The notes below the pieces were generated by a model. The model ran no database searches. It was not told the origin of the DNA and worked only from the letters and a program-made list of their open reading frames with translations. Below are positions 28,616 to 38,310 of a stretch of 64,000 nt of DNA, piece by piece. The stretch spans positions 186,635-250,634 of the IMG/VR virus record IMGVR_UViG_3300031133_000383. One strand, given 5' to 3'. Numbering within the stretch: position 1 is the first letter of the stretch; each line of letters starts with the position of its first letter. The stretch comes from a virus. Its lineage: Duplodnaviria; Heunggongvirae; Uroviricota; Caudoviricetes. The translations under genes were made by a program, and so were the position numbers.

Positions 28616-28649
28616 CCAATATGTTTCGAACTTGGACAAGGTTCTTCAA

Positions 28650-29369
28650 ATGCTAAAAAATCTTATTATTCTCACTGCATCTTTCTTTATTATTCCTTTC
28701 TCCTTTTCCGCCGAAGCTATTTCTGATACTGCAAATGCCGATTTTCGGTTTTCTCAGATTATCAATCATGTTGGTAAACAATCAAAGCTTTCTTTTATTT
28801 TTTCAAAAAATGGTGAAAATGCCGCACGATTATCGAATACAAACTTCTATAAGCAAATAAAGCAAAAAGACTACAACAATTATGAAAATATAGTCATCAA
28901 AGATTTGATTGAGGATAAAGACAATTATTACATTTCATTGGATACCAATGTTGATTGGGCTAACTATTATCTGTATGTGCCGCAACCTTTAAAAAATGTT
29001 AAATTTAGTTATGGAATGGGGTATGTTTATAGTATTTCCATGATTTATAATGTACCCGGAAAATATGTCATTAGTCGTCATGAAAAAGAATTGGTGATTG
29101 ATCAGATTGTACAACAACTTCAAAAATTAAATTTTATTACATCGAATGATGATGATAATTTTGATGCACTGGGCATTTCCAAAAACTCAACTATTATGAA
29201 GAAAGATAATATATTAGTCGTATTAGATGGCTTGAATGATTTTAATAATGACATAATTATCAAAGTTATGGAAAATAATGTAAAACAAAAAATTGAAAAA
29301 CTAAAATATGAATTTTATAAAAAGAAGTCGATGGCAAACACTAAATATATTGAAAATTTCTTTAAATAA
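28650..29369 (+). CDS. secreted hypothetical protein (signal peptide MLKNLIILTASFFIIPFSFSAEA)
   Basis: ORF with N-terminal hydrophobic signal. ATG 28650 preferred over TTG 28632. Confidence 0.55.
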   Translation: MLKNLIILTASFFIIPFSFSAEAISDTANADFRFSQIINHVGKQSKLSFIFSKNGENAARLSNTNFYKQIKQKDYNNYENIVIKDLIEDKDNYYISLDTNVDWANYYLYVPQPLKNVKFSYGMGYVYSISMIYNVPGKYVISRHEKELVIDQIVQQLQKLNFITSNDDDNFDALGISKNSTIMKKDNILVVLDGLNDFNNDIIIKVMENNVKQKIEKLKYEFYKKKSMANTKYIENFFK

Positions 29370-29373
29370 AAAA

Positions 29374-29389
29374 ACCGTCTCTAGACGGT
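29374..29389. terminator. bidirectional terminator accgtctctagacggt flanked by A6/T5
   Basis: Perfect palindromic stem between convergent genes. Confidence 0.7.
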
Positions 29390-29395
29390 TTTTCT

Positions 29396-29839
29396 TTATG
29401 GATAAGATTGATAGATTCTTTGAGTTTGATAAACCCTAACAGCAGGGACTTGATAAACTGGCTGATACACAGGCTGGGCGTATACAGGTTGTGTATAAAC
29501 AGGTTGAGTGTATACGGGTTGTGTGTATACTGGCACTTGTTGATAAACAACAGGTGGTGCTGAATAATAGTATGCATTTCTACGTGCCATTTCAGCATCA
29601 TAGGCGGCTTGTTCTCTACGAGCGTCCTCATATCTCATTCTATCGTTATAGCCTCTATTGTAATAGTTATTGGATTGTGAACAACAGAAATATCCTACGG
29701 CACCAACTGTTAATGCAGCGGCAGCAGTATAGCCTAATACGCGGCCTACATCATGACCATGATGCCTGCCTCCGGCATTTGCCATACTCACTGTTGTAAG
29801 TGTTGTGATAAGTAGCATACTTGTTATTAGTTTTTTCAT
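29396..29839 (-). CDS. secreted glycine-zipper membrane protein with C-terminal (QPVYT)n tandem repeats
   Basis: Signal peptide MKKLITSMLLITTLTTVSMANA. GYTAAAALTVGAVGY glycine zipper. PVYTQPVYTQPVYTQPVYAQPVY repeats encoded by 15-bp DNA repeats at 29465-29535. Confidence 0.65.
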   Translation of the reverse strand: MKKLITSMLLITTLTTVSMANAGGRHHGHDVGRVLGYTAAAALTVGAVGYFCCSQSNNYYNRGYNDRMRYEDARREQAAYDAEMARRNAYYYSAPPVVYQQVPVYTQPVYTQPVYTQPVYAQPVYQPVYQVPAVRVYQTQRIYQSYP

Positions 29840-30081
29840 ATATTATTCTCATAGGTGTTATCTTTAATCATATAATATCAAAATAATAATGATTTACAAT
29901 AAGGTTTACAAAAGAATTACACTTCTTTTTTTTAAACATAAAAAATATACTTTTATTGATTATACAATCTTTATAATGGCTTAATCAAAGAGACTTTCAG
30001 ATTCATTATTTTCTAGCTTTCAGGTCTTTCTAAAACTGCATTTTTATGATATTATTGCCCAAATACTTAGGAGTTATTTTG

Positions 30082-30372
30082 ATGAAATTGGTACTTGAAC
30101 ATTCAATTGGTGATGGGTATACTTGGAACGTAACTGCTCATGTTCCTTTTGAATACGAATCCAAAGAAAAATTTCTTTATGATTTAATGTCTAAGTGCAT
30201 TGAATGTGTGGATGCACAAGCCTATTCTTTCAAATTTTTGGGTATAGATTTCAAACCTACTGACTTCGGTTATTTTGAATATCCAGAAAAGAGAAAAGGC
30301 TATGATTTTTATCATGCCTTTATTTATACATTGGACGAATGGTTTGAAAAGAATAAAGCACAAGGTGATTAG
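30082..30372 (+). CDS. hypothetical protein (96 aa)
   Basis: TTAGGAG SD then ATG at 30082. Confidence 0.5.
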   Translation: MKLVLEHSIGDGYTWNVTAHVPFEYESKEKFLYDLMSKCIECVDAQAYSFKFLGIDFKPTDFGYFEYPEKRKGYDFYHAFIYTLDEWFEKNKAQGD

Positions 30373-30380
30373 ATTCTTAT

Positions 30381-30845
30381 TTATATTTTAGGTTTATATA
30401 GATTAGATGCTGTTTTCTTGATGACATTTTCTTCTATTGCTAATTCTTTTTCTAGATTCTTCTTTATTTTTCTTGCTGCAAGGTCATGGTCAGCGGCTCT
30501 GATCCCTGTCCACGCAAAAGTACCAGCAGTCGATATCATTCCGAGTCCTGTTAAAGGCAGTGATTCAGCCGACATGCCGCCTACTAGGGCAACTATACCA
30601 CCCAACATGGAAGCAACTGCGAAGCCTGTTTTTAACGCTTCCCTTTGAGTATTATAGAATGTTTCTGGTATCAATCTTTCAAGATCGACTTCTATTTGTG
30701 GTGATGGTTTTTCTTTAAACAATTTTGGTTCATCAAATTCAAGTAAGTTTAATTCTTTCAACACCTCTCTCAGAGGTATTTTATTGACAGCTATTGAAGT
30801 CTTTTTGCCATCATTATCAAGTGTCGTATTGTTTAATAATTCCAT
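30381..30845 (-). CDS. hypothetical membrane protein with GxxxG-rich helix
   Basis: 154 aa. FAVASMLGGIVALVGGMS segment. Confidence 0.5.
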   Translation of the reverse strand: MELLNNTTLDNDGKKTSIAVNKIPLREVLKELNLLEFDEPKLFKEKPSPQIEVDLERLIPETFYNTQREALKTGFAVASMLGGIVALVGGMSAESLPLTGLGMISTAGTFAWTGIRAADHDLAARKIKKNLEKELAIEENVIKKTASNLYKPKI

Positions 30846-30971
30846 AGGCTTACAGATGTTCTTTCATGTATAATATCATAGAATAAAAAAAAGGGAACAA
30901 TTTATCAAAAATATTTTTACTTTTCATCAATTTAATGATATTATTAGGCCATGAATGACAGAGGATTATTG

Positions 30972-31508
30972 ATGAATATTTCTACTCGAAAACTGTTTGC
31001 TGCTCAAAAAATTACAAATATCAAATTTGCAAATGCTCAATTACTCGATATTCCAAAACATAAAACTTTTTCTGACATCTTGCCTATCTTCCAGAATACT
31101 TACATCAAAGATAATCCATTAGAACATATTGATTCTATCGATGATTTTATTCTGGGTTATAATTTATTATTGAACTTAAAGTTGAAAGAATTGGAACGCC
31201 TTCAACTTAAAATACTAACACATGGCATGTGTAAGGAATTATTCAATAATTTTTCAACGATATGTAATACAAAGGAAGATGATACCGGGATCATTAGAAG
31301 TCTTGAAGATAAATGTTTAAAATATAGTAATCTTAAAGCATGTATAGCAGGATTTAAGGCAGCACAAAATCGTCTTATGGAAGTATGTCAATATATTTTA
31401 AAAGAACAATCAATTCGAGATCTTCAAAATGAATGTATATATACCAATTTTTGGGATTTTACGCATGCTGAAATAGTTCGATTTGCTAGCCTGAATCAAG
31501 TTCATTGA
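30972..31508 (+). CDS. hypothetical protein
   Basis: GAGGAT SD before ATG 30972. Confidence 0.5.
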   Translation: MNISTRKLFAAQKITNIKFANAQLLDIPKHKTFSDILPIFQNTYIKDNPLEHIDSIDDFILGYNLLLNLKLKELERLQLKILTHGMCKELFNNFSTICNTKEDDTGIIRSLEDKCLKYSNLKACIAGFKAAQNRLMEVCQYILKEQSIRDLQNECIYTNFWDFTHAEIVRFASLNQVH

Positions 31509-31573
31509 TATGTTTTGACAATTATTCTTGAATAAGGTATAGTGCAAATTCAATAATTAAAAGGAGATGTACA

Positions 31574-32473
31574 GTGGGTAATTTTATTTTAACGGTTGCT
31601 TTTTTCGTCATAATTGGTTTGTTAGCTTGGTCCTGTATTGTCATCACTCGAAATAAACATGTTTCCATTATTGAAACATTTGGTAAGTATTCCAACACCA
31701 AAGAAGCAGGTCTTTCTTTTAAACTTCCATGGCCTATTCAGCATGTAGTGAAATTGGTTCCATTGAATATTCAACAAATAAGCACTACCCTAGAACTTAA
31801 AACCAATGACGATCTTTTTATTCGTTATCCAATCAATGTGCAGTTCAAAGTAGTCGATGCAGAAAAGGCCACCTATGAGCTTGATTCGCCTGAGCAACAG
31901 ATTCTAAGTTATATCAGTAACCTTGTTCGTTCAGAAGTAGGTAAAAAAACATTTCTGGAATTATATAATGTCCGTGATGAAATTCAAGATGTTATTGAAG
32001 AAGTACTGTCAGAAAAAATGTCCAGTTTTGGTTTCAAGATTGTTGCTGTTCTGGTAGATGAACCTATTCCAACAGAAGAAGTTCAAAATTCTTATAATGC
32101 TGTAACCGCATCGGTTCGTGAAAAGGAAGCGGCTAAAAACCGTGCAGAAGCTACTCGAATCACCATTGTAGCAGAAGCACAAGCACAAAAAGAGTCTAAA
32201 AAGCTTCAAGGTGAAGGTATTGCTGATCAACGTTTGGCTATCAGTCAAGGTTTCAAACAGTCCATTGAAGATGTTTCGACTTCTCTAGGCATTTCAAATG
32301 AACTTGCACTTGGCATGATTCTTCAATTGAATAAGTTTGATACACTGCGTGATGTTGCCAATGGTAAAGGCACACTTGTTGTCGCAGATGGTAGTGCTGG
32401 TTCTTCTTTATCTGAAATGACCAGTTTGATTTCAAGTATTAAAGCAGTTGAACTGCAAGCAAAACATATTTGA
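31574..32473 (+). CDS. SPFH/band-7 domain membrane protein (stomatin/prohibitin-like), GTG start
   Basis: N-terminal TM helix, then band-7 core (FKLPWPIQHVVKLVPLNIQQ…). Ala/Glu-rich coiled coil (REKEAAKNRAEATRITIVAEAQAQKESKK). AAGGAG SD. Confidence 0.75.
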   Translation: MGNFILTVAFFVIIGLLAWSCIVITRNKHVSIIETFGKYSNTKEAGLSFKLPWPIQHVVKLVPLNIQQISTTLELKTNDDLFIRYPINVQFKVVDAEKATYELDSPEQQILSYISNLVRSEVGKKTFLELYNVRDEIQDVIEEVLSEKMSSFGFKIVAVLVDEPIPTEEVQNSYNAVTASVREKEAAKNRAEATRITIVAEAQAQKESKKLQGEGIADQRLAISQGFKQSIEDVSTSLGISNELALGMILQLNKFDTLRDVANGKGTLVVADGSAGSSLSEMTSLISSIKAVELQAKHI

Positions 32474-32488
32474 TTAATCTTGTATGAC

Positions 32489-32514
32489 AAAGAGCCTTCG
32501 GGTTCTTTGTTTTT
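32489..32514 (+). terminator. rho-independent terminator gagccttcgggttc + T-run
   Basis: Hairpin after SPFH gene. Confidence 0.6.
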
Positions 32515-32562
32515 ATAAGTCTATATCAAATATAAGAGTAATTTATTAGAAAAGGATATTGT

Positions 32563-33303
32563 ATGCAGGACCTAATTTATAATATGTTAACCGCCATCAA
32601 TAAGAATCAACACTCTGAGAACCCTGTATCGATCCAACCTTTTTTCTTGAACATTCATAATTTAAGCCTTTTTAAAGTCGATCCTAGATGGTCTTTTAAT
32701 GATATATATAATAAAAATCATGACATCTATATAAACCATTTTAAAAGTCATTTTCATTATGCTTTTAATGGTTCTTCTAGTGAGATTCAGAAAGATCTTT
32801 TGAATTATTTATCATTTGATAATTCAATGATTAATCAAGTTGTAGATTATTTTGTCCAGACTTTTAAAAACAGTAATAAATGTCAAGATATAGAACTGGA
32901 TAATGATTTTCACTTTAAGGAATTTCAGATACTTCAAAATCATATTTCCGAAAAAATATATGGCTTTCATGATAATGCTGATTATTATGCTCGCAGAATA
33001 AAATTTGGAACTTACCTGAATAGTCATATTATTTTTCTTCAATATCTTTTTTTTGTCGAAAATGAAAATTTGAAAGTAAAAGCAAAAATTTGCTTTCCTA
33101 TTAGTGAAAACAATTGTTTTTCTGTGTTTATTTGTGAACCAAACGATATTAAATTAGCCTGTGAAATTATATTTGGTCATTTTTTAAATGATATGAGAAA
33201 ATTTTTATATGAAAAATATCCTCTGGAATGTGCTGACATTTTTGATGTTGACGATAATACTATAAAACTTTTTCTTGATCTCGTTAAAATGGATAATATT
33301 TAA
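32563..33303 (+). CDS. C-terminal-tail family protein (…IKLFLDLVKMDNI)
   Basis: AAGGA SD. Confidence 0.6.
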   Translation: MQDLIYNMLTAINKNQHSENPVSIQPFFLNIHNLSLFKVDPRWSFNDIYNKNHDIYINHFKSHFHYAFNGSSSEIQKDLLNYLSFDNSMINQVVDYFVQTFKNSNKCQDIELDNDFHFKEFQILQNHISEKIYGFHDNADYYARRIKFGTYLNSHIIFLQYLFFVENENLKVKAKICFPISENNCFSVFICEPNDIKLACEIIFGHFLNDMRKFLYEKYPLECADIFDVDDNTIKLFLDLVKMDNI

Positions 33304-33312
33304 GGTGACCCT

Positions 33313-34008
33313 ATGTTGAATTTAGAAAGCTTTGAGCCTATAGTTAATAGGATAAGACAATCTAAAAACACTCATGGAATAGAATCACTGGTATTTGGTA
33401 ACATTTCTGTTAATTTATCGTATTTAAAATTGGAAGATAATCGTATCAACGTTAGAATTGAAAAATTCAAACTGGATTTTGTTCAGCAATTATATAAACA
33501 GTTTGGTATTGATTTAAAAGATATAAATAAAATTGTTGATCTTTATTATCAAAGATGTATGGAAGCCAATATCATTCATCAGTTAGCCTTTAAACCAATT
33601 TTTGATATTGCTTCATTTTTCACTGCCTACAATGGATTGAAAAGTCACTTTCCATTGAAAGATAGAAATGTTATCAGTTACGAAAGTCATCTTTTCAAAA
33701 AGGAATTGCTTACTAAAAAAATCCCAATGGTGTTGGTGGATTTTTATTTAGATTTTTTTTCAAATAGTCCTGTACCTTACATTTTGATTACTTTACCATT
33801 GGCAAGAGAAGAAAAATTTCAAGTTAGGCTAACTGCTTTTGGTAATATTGATGAAATTGATAGTGTTATCAAACATCATCTAAGGATTCGTATGAAATCC
33901 TTACTTAATGGAGCAACACGCAATTATATAAGTAAGCAAGAATTCAAAATAAGTGATTTTGATTCGATGTGTCGGCATATGCAATTACGTGATATGATTA
34001 ACTATTGA
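33313..34008 (+). CDS. C-terminal-tail family protein (…CRHMQLRDMINY)
   Basis: AAGGTGA SD. Confidence 0.6.
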   Translation: MLNLESFEPIVNRIRQSKNTHGIESLVFGNISVNLSYLKLEDNRINVRIEKFKLDFVQQLYKQFGIDLKDINKIVDLYYQRCMEANIIHQLAFKPIFDIASFFTAYNGLKSHFPLKDRNVISYESHLFKKELLTKKIPMVLVDFYLDFFSNSPVPYILITLPLAREEKFQVRLTAFGNIDEIDSVIKHHLRIRMKSLLNGATRNYISKQEFKISDFDSMCRHMQLRDMINY

Positions 34009-34032
34009 GATTATTAAGGAGACATAGATTAG

Positions 34033-34785
34033 ATGTATAATGTTATCAAACCAGATTTTTATGAATTTATGTCTTTTATGAATCAACATCTACCTTTGGC
34101 AAAACAAAAAGATACTCATATCTTTGGGTATACTAAATATTTTTTTGAAATTACAGATGGTTTTGAAGTAAAAGTAGATGCTTCCATTTTGAATCTCAAA
34201 TTGGATAATAATTTCGCTAAACTTGTCTACAATTATTTTAATTTTGATTTCAAAGAAGTTGTCTCCATCATAGAATCTTATCATAAACATTTTACTGATT
34301 ATGGTTTGATAGATAACAAAAATCTAAATGAAATCCTCAATAATTGTTTTTTGACAGAGGATGAACGTATATTTTTTAGTGATATTAATCTTTATTCATA
34401 CAATACACGATGTGTAACCTTTAATAATTTAATAGTTGAAGTTCAAGTAACACACGATGCTTGCAAAGAAATGAAAATAAGAACTGTTATTTATTTTCCT
34501 GTTATGGATATTTCCTATATCAGTGTGACTGTTGACAAGACTATTAGCCAACCACCTATTGTTAAAGTAAGCAAAGTATTAAAAAGTCAGTCAATCAAAA
34601 GAACTCGAAATGCTCATTCTATTATTTCTAATTATTCATCTATAGATACTTATATGGAAAATATAGCGTTTTCAAGAGCAAAAAATATTATCAATCTGCG
34701 ATTGGGAATAAATAAACGAATAATAAAAAAAGATCCATTGGTTGTTCAAGATTATTTCAAATTATGTGAAATGATCAATATTTAA
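34033..34785 (+). CDS. C-terminal-tail family protein (…YFKLCEMINI)
   Basis: AAGGAG SD. Confidence 0.6.
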   Translation: MYNVIKPDFYEFMSFMNQHLPLAKQKDTHIFGYTKYFFEITDGFEVKVDASILNLKLDNNFAKLVYNYFNFDFKEVVSIIESYHKHFTDYGLIDNKNLNEILNNCFLTEDERIFFSDINLYSYNTRCVTFNNLIVEVQVTHDACKEMKIRTVIYFPVMDISYISVTVDKTISQPPIVKVSKVLKSQSIKRTRNAHSIISNYSSIDTYMENIAFSRAKNIINLRLGINKRIIKKDPLVVQDYFKLCEMINI

Positions 34786-34843
34786 AATATTTGACTGTAT
34801 GTTTTAAACAAGGTATAATTTTTCAATTTTAGGAGTCTACATA

Positions 34844-35257
34844 ATGACATTTGATAATAGGTTATTCAACGTGAACGGAAAATCAAAAAAGCTTTTGAAG
34901 TCAGCTATCAAGCTTGCTTTCAAATTGGAAAGCCATAACGAAAACGGAGCTACGGCACAAGGCTATGTGGTTGACTCGAAAAAGGGAATTCTATTGCTTT
35001 GGCACGCTGATGGCATAAAGGGTGCCGTCAATTTTGAAAAACCAAAAGGGTATAGGGAATCTTGCGATTTTATTATAGATTGGCTAAAAACTCCAGAAGC
35101 ACACTCTATTGAGCTTAATGATTGGGAAGCGGATATTGATCACGATGGATCGAGTGATTTAGGCTGGCGAGTCTACCTTGAAGATTGGGGTCATGTAGGA
35201 AACAATCACTATGCTATTTGTGCTGTAAAACCTTGCTATATCTGGTATGGTAAATAA
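34844..35257 (+). CDS. hypothetical protein (137 aa)
   Basis: AGGAG SD. GGTATAAT -10 upstream. Confidence 0.55.
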   Translation: MTFDNRLFNVNGKSKKLLKSAIKLAFKLESHNENGATAQGYVVDSKKGILLLWHADGIKGAVNFEKPKGYRESCDFIIDWLKTPEAHSIELNDWEADIDHDGSSDLGWRVYLEDWGHVGNNHYAICAVKPCYIWYGK

Positions 35258-35258
35258 C

Positions 35259-35918
35259 ATGCCTAAAATCTATCCTGTTATACATTACAAAGATGATATT
35301 ACTACACTGGACGAAGCTTTACTGGCCAGCGAGGTAGGTGCTGACGGTATTTTTTTGATTTCACATATTGGTCATAATGAATGTTTAATTCCTTTGGCTG
35401 TTAAAATTAAGCAACTTCATGGTTTCAGAGTAGGCTTAAATTTTTTAGGCGATGATGTACTATCAACAGCTAATATTGTTAAAGAGCATGGTTTGGATAT
35501 GGTATGGGGTGATTACTGTGGTGTTTCTTCGAGTGGTTTGAATGACAAGGGAAGAAAACTTAAAGTATGGGCAGACAATAACCCAAATATTGATGTTTTT
35601 GCATCAGTTGCTTTTAAATATCAAGATATAGAAACAGATCCACCATTAGCTGCAAGGCATGCATTGATGGCAGGTTTTATTCCTACTACAAGTGGTTCTG
35701 GTACTGGTTATGCCCCCTCTATTGAAAAAATAAGTACAATGTCTGCTTGTACAGATGGTATTTTGGCGGTGGCAAGTGGTATGAATTGTGAAAATGTTCA
35801 AAAATTTAGTCCGTATCTTTCATCTATTTTGGTAGCAACCGGCGTCTCAATTGATGAGTATCATTTTGATTATGAAAAACTGTATCGTTTTATTCGATTG
35901 TCTAGGTTAAAACAATAG
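35259..35918 (+). CDS. putative TIM-barrel protein (BtpA/SgcQ-like?); alternative start 35247
   Basis: Gly-rich phosphate-binding-like segments (FIPTTSGSGTGYAP, VGADGIFLISHIG). Coupled to upstream stop. Confidence 0.4.
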   Translation: MPKIYPVIHYKDDITTLDEALLASEVGADGIFLISHIGHNECLIPLAVKIKQLHGFRVGLNFLGDDVLSTANIVKEHGLDMVWGDYCGVSSSGLNDKGRKLKVWADNNPNIDVFASVAFKYQDIETDPPLAARHALMAGFIPTTSGSGTGYAPSIEKISTMSACTDGILAVASGMNCENVQKFSPYLSSILVATGVSIDEYHFDYEKLYRFIRLSRLKQ

Positions 35919-35995
35919 CTGTAACAACGTTTACTTTTCTTTATAATTTTATTATTTAAATAATTATTTCGAAATTAATGGTAAACGTTTTGACA

Positions 35996-36031
35996 TTTTG
36001 TTTGTTGTTGGTATTATAATATTAATATAAT
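35996..36031 (+). promoter_or_regulatory. sigma70 promoter TTGACA-19-TATAAT
   Basis: Upstream of first secreted-repeat gene. Confidence 0.5.
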
Positions 36032-36047
36032 AACAATAATGATATAT

Positions 36048-37322
36048 ATGAAAAAGTTTAAATTTTTACCATTGATATTGATTATACATACAGTAAGTTA
36101 TGCTGACTACACTGTTATCTATCCACTTACAAATGCCTCTATAACTATATCACAAAAACCGCCTAGTTATACTGATTGGGTTTCTGTCGGCAGCCCCTAT
36201 AATTGTGCATCCGCAAGTCCTATGGAAAATACAATTAATGAAGGTATTTCATATACCAAAAATTTTACTAATTGTGACCAAAACCAAGAAAGAAAAAAGA
36301 CGATAGGGTCAGTTGTCACTAATGAACAGCGTACCGTTTCTGGTATCAATTATCAAACTCAAAGTGTAGGTACAAAAAAATATATCCCAACCTATACTGA
36401 TTGGGTAAATGTGGATAATGCTTATAACTGTGCTTCTGCGACTCCTATGGAAAACACTGTCAATGAAGGCGTTGCTTATACAAAAACATTTAGTGATTGC
36501 AGTCAAAATCAAGAAAGAACAAAGACACTAAACTCCGTGGTTACCATAGAACAACGTACTGTTTCTGGCATCACTTATCAATCTCAAAGTGTAGGTACAA
36601 AAAAATCTGTTCCTACCTATACTGATTGGACCAACGTTGGTGGAGCTTATAATTGTAATCAAAATCCTAAAGAAGACACTATTGATGAAGGAGTGAGTTA
36701 CACAAAAACTTTTAGTGAATGTAGTCAAGATCAGGAAAGAACAAAAACATTAGATTCCACAGTTTCTGTAGAAAAACGCACTATTCCAGCACCTAGTTAT
36801 CAAACCCAAAGTGTTGGAACAAAAGTAGCTGTTGCAACTTATACAGAATGGGCAAAATCAGGAACTCCATACAATTGCAAAAATATTGGACCTATGGAAG
36901 ATACATTTAATGAAGGAACAGTGTTTACAAAAAATTACAATGATTGCAGTCAGGATTACACTCGAACTAAGACATATAAAGGTGTCAACACAACTGAGAG
37001 TCAAACGTTACAGGGATTTAATTATTCTGTTCAAAGCGTAGGTACACGATCAGTAACAGAATGTGCTCCTTATGCGACTAACAATAATTATCGTTGGATT
37101 GACGTTGCCAAACAACAGCTTGGTACACCTAATTATAAATATGAATTATGGTGGAATGGCAAAGCATTGGCTTTCTTAACAGATAAACCTGTTACCACTG
37201 CAGCGGATAAAACTTTTACCACAGGTGGTTATGTGTATAGTCGTGGAGAATATAAAGAAAGTACAGTAAGAAATAGCGATTATAAATACTTCTATTATCA
37301 AGTGTGTAGAAAACCTGTCTAA
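36048..37322 (+). CDS. secreted repeat-module protein (4 x ~77-aa Cys-pair modules + conserved C-terminal domain)
   Basis: Signal peptide …HTVSYA|DYTVIYPL. Modules YTDWVxVGxPYNCASxSPMENTxNEGxxYTKTFxxCSQNQERTKT…RTVSGIxYQxQSVGTK x4. C-terminus YKYFYYQVCRKPV. Confidence 0.75.
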   Translation: MKKFKFLPLILIIHTVSYADYTVIYPLTNASITISQKPPSYTDWVSVGSPYNCASASPMENTINEGISYTKNFTNCDQNQERKKTIGSVVTNEQRTVSGINYQTQSVGTKKYIPTYTDWVNVDNAYNCASATPMENTVNEGVAYTKTFSDCSQNQERTKTLNSVVTIEQRTVSGITYQSQSVGTKKSVPTYTDWTNVGGAYNCNQNPKEDTIDEGVSYTKTFSECSQDQERTKTLDSTVSVEKRTIPAPSYQTQSVGTKVAVATYTEWAKSGTPYNCKNIGPMEDTFNEGTVFTKNYNDCSQDYTRTKTYKGVNTTESQTLQGFNYSVQSVGTRSVTECAPYATNNNYRWIDVAKQQLGTPNYKYELWWNGKALAFLTDKPVTTAADKTFTTGGYVYSRGEYKESTVRNSDYKYFYYQVCRKPV

Positions 37323-37330
37323 CTTAAAAA

Positions 37331-37360
37331 ACACTCTTTTTCGAAAGGGTGTTTTTTTAT
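37331..37360 (+). terminator. rho-independent terminator acactctttttcgaaagggtgt + T7
   Basis: Seen directly. Confidence 0.7.
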
Positions 37361-37385
37361 AAACGTCTATTATTCAATAAAAATT

Positions 37386-37416
37386 TTGACATTATAATTA
37401 TTTTTGATATTATAAT
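37386..37416 (+). promoter_or_regulatory. sigma70 promoter TTGACA…TGATATTATAAT; near-identical copy at 38344-38376
   Basis: Duplicated promoter cassette preceding paralogs. Confidence 0.55.
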
Positions 37417-37439
37417 GTTAATACAACAATAAATATATT

Positions 37440-38273
37440 ATGACACATTTCAAGCTTTTACCTCTTTTGCTTTTTGTACAAACCATTAGTTATGCTGACT
37501 ACACTGTTATTTATCCATTAGCCGATTCTTCAATTTCAATAAAGCATAAAATTGAACCATCATTGCCGACCTATACAGAATGGGCATCCGTAGGCGAACC
37601 CTATAATTGTACGTATTCAACACCAAAAGAGGATACAATTGAAGAAGATACCGTATATACGAAAACTTTTAGTAATTGTACTCAAAAACAATCAAGAACA
37701 AAAACACTAGATTCGAATGTTACTACAGAGGAACGTACTATTTCTGGCGTACAATACCAAGCTCAAAGTATAGGTACAAAATTGGCTGTCGCTACTTACA
37801 CAGAATGGGCTATATCTGGTAAACCTTATGATTGTAAATCAGCTAGCCCTATGGAAGATGCCTTTACGGAAGGAACTGTCTTCACAAAACACTATACTGA
37901 TTGTAGCCAGAATTTAACTAGGATTAAAACCTACAAAGGTGTACAAACAACTGAAAGTAAAGTGGCGACCGGTTATGGATATGATGCTGAAAGCGTTGGA
38001 ACACGATCTGTGACTGAATGTATGACTCGATCTACTGATTATTATTGGATCGATGCAGCTAAACAACCGCTTGGATCACCCAACTATAAATATAATATAA
38101 AATGGAACAAGTCAACTTTGGCCAGTTATACATCAAAAGTCAATAACAACCCAGCAGATACAAGTTTTACCTCAGACGGTTATATTTATAGTCGTGGAAC
38201 CTACAGATCAACAACTTTACGATTTGAGGATTATAAATACTTTTATTATGACATATGCAGAAAACCTATTTAA
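37440..38273 (+). CDS. secreted repeat-module protein (2 modules)
   Basis: MTHFKLLPLLLFVQTISYADYTVIYPL signal. Same modules and C-terminal domain (…YKYFYYDICRKPI). Confidence 0.75.
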   Translation: MTHFKLLPLLLFVQTISYADYTVIYPLADSSISIKHKIEPSLPTYTEWASVGEPYNCTYSTPKEDTIEEDTVYTKTFSNCTQKQSRTKTLDSNVTTEERTISGVQYQAQSIGTKLAVATYTEWAISGKPYDCKSASPMEDAFTEGTVFTKHYTDCSQNLTRIKTYKGVQTTESKVATGYGYDAESVGTRSVTECMTRSTDYYWIDAAKQPLGSPNYKYNIKWNKSTLASYTSKVNNNPADTSFTSDGYIYSRGTYRSTTLRFEDYKYFYYDICRKPI

Positions 38274-38282
38274 CTTATAATA

Positions 38283-38310
38283 AAAAGCACATTGTGGGAT
38301 ATGCTTTTTT
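38283..38310 (+). terminator. rho-independent terminator agcacattgtgggatatgct + T6
   Basis: Seen directly. Confidence 0.6.

Noticed and set aside
28515-28620. tmRNA or SRP (4.5S) RNA as identity of the tRNA-like element
   Set aside because: The segment is too short (about 100 nt before the next CDS) for tmRNA. It lacks the GGAAGCAGCCA-type SRP domain IV motif. Only the tRNA T-arm consensus is present.
28421-28639. 72-aa minus-strand ORF
   Set aside because: It spans tRNA-Ser and the tRNA-like element on the opposite strand. It is explained by the tRNA genes.
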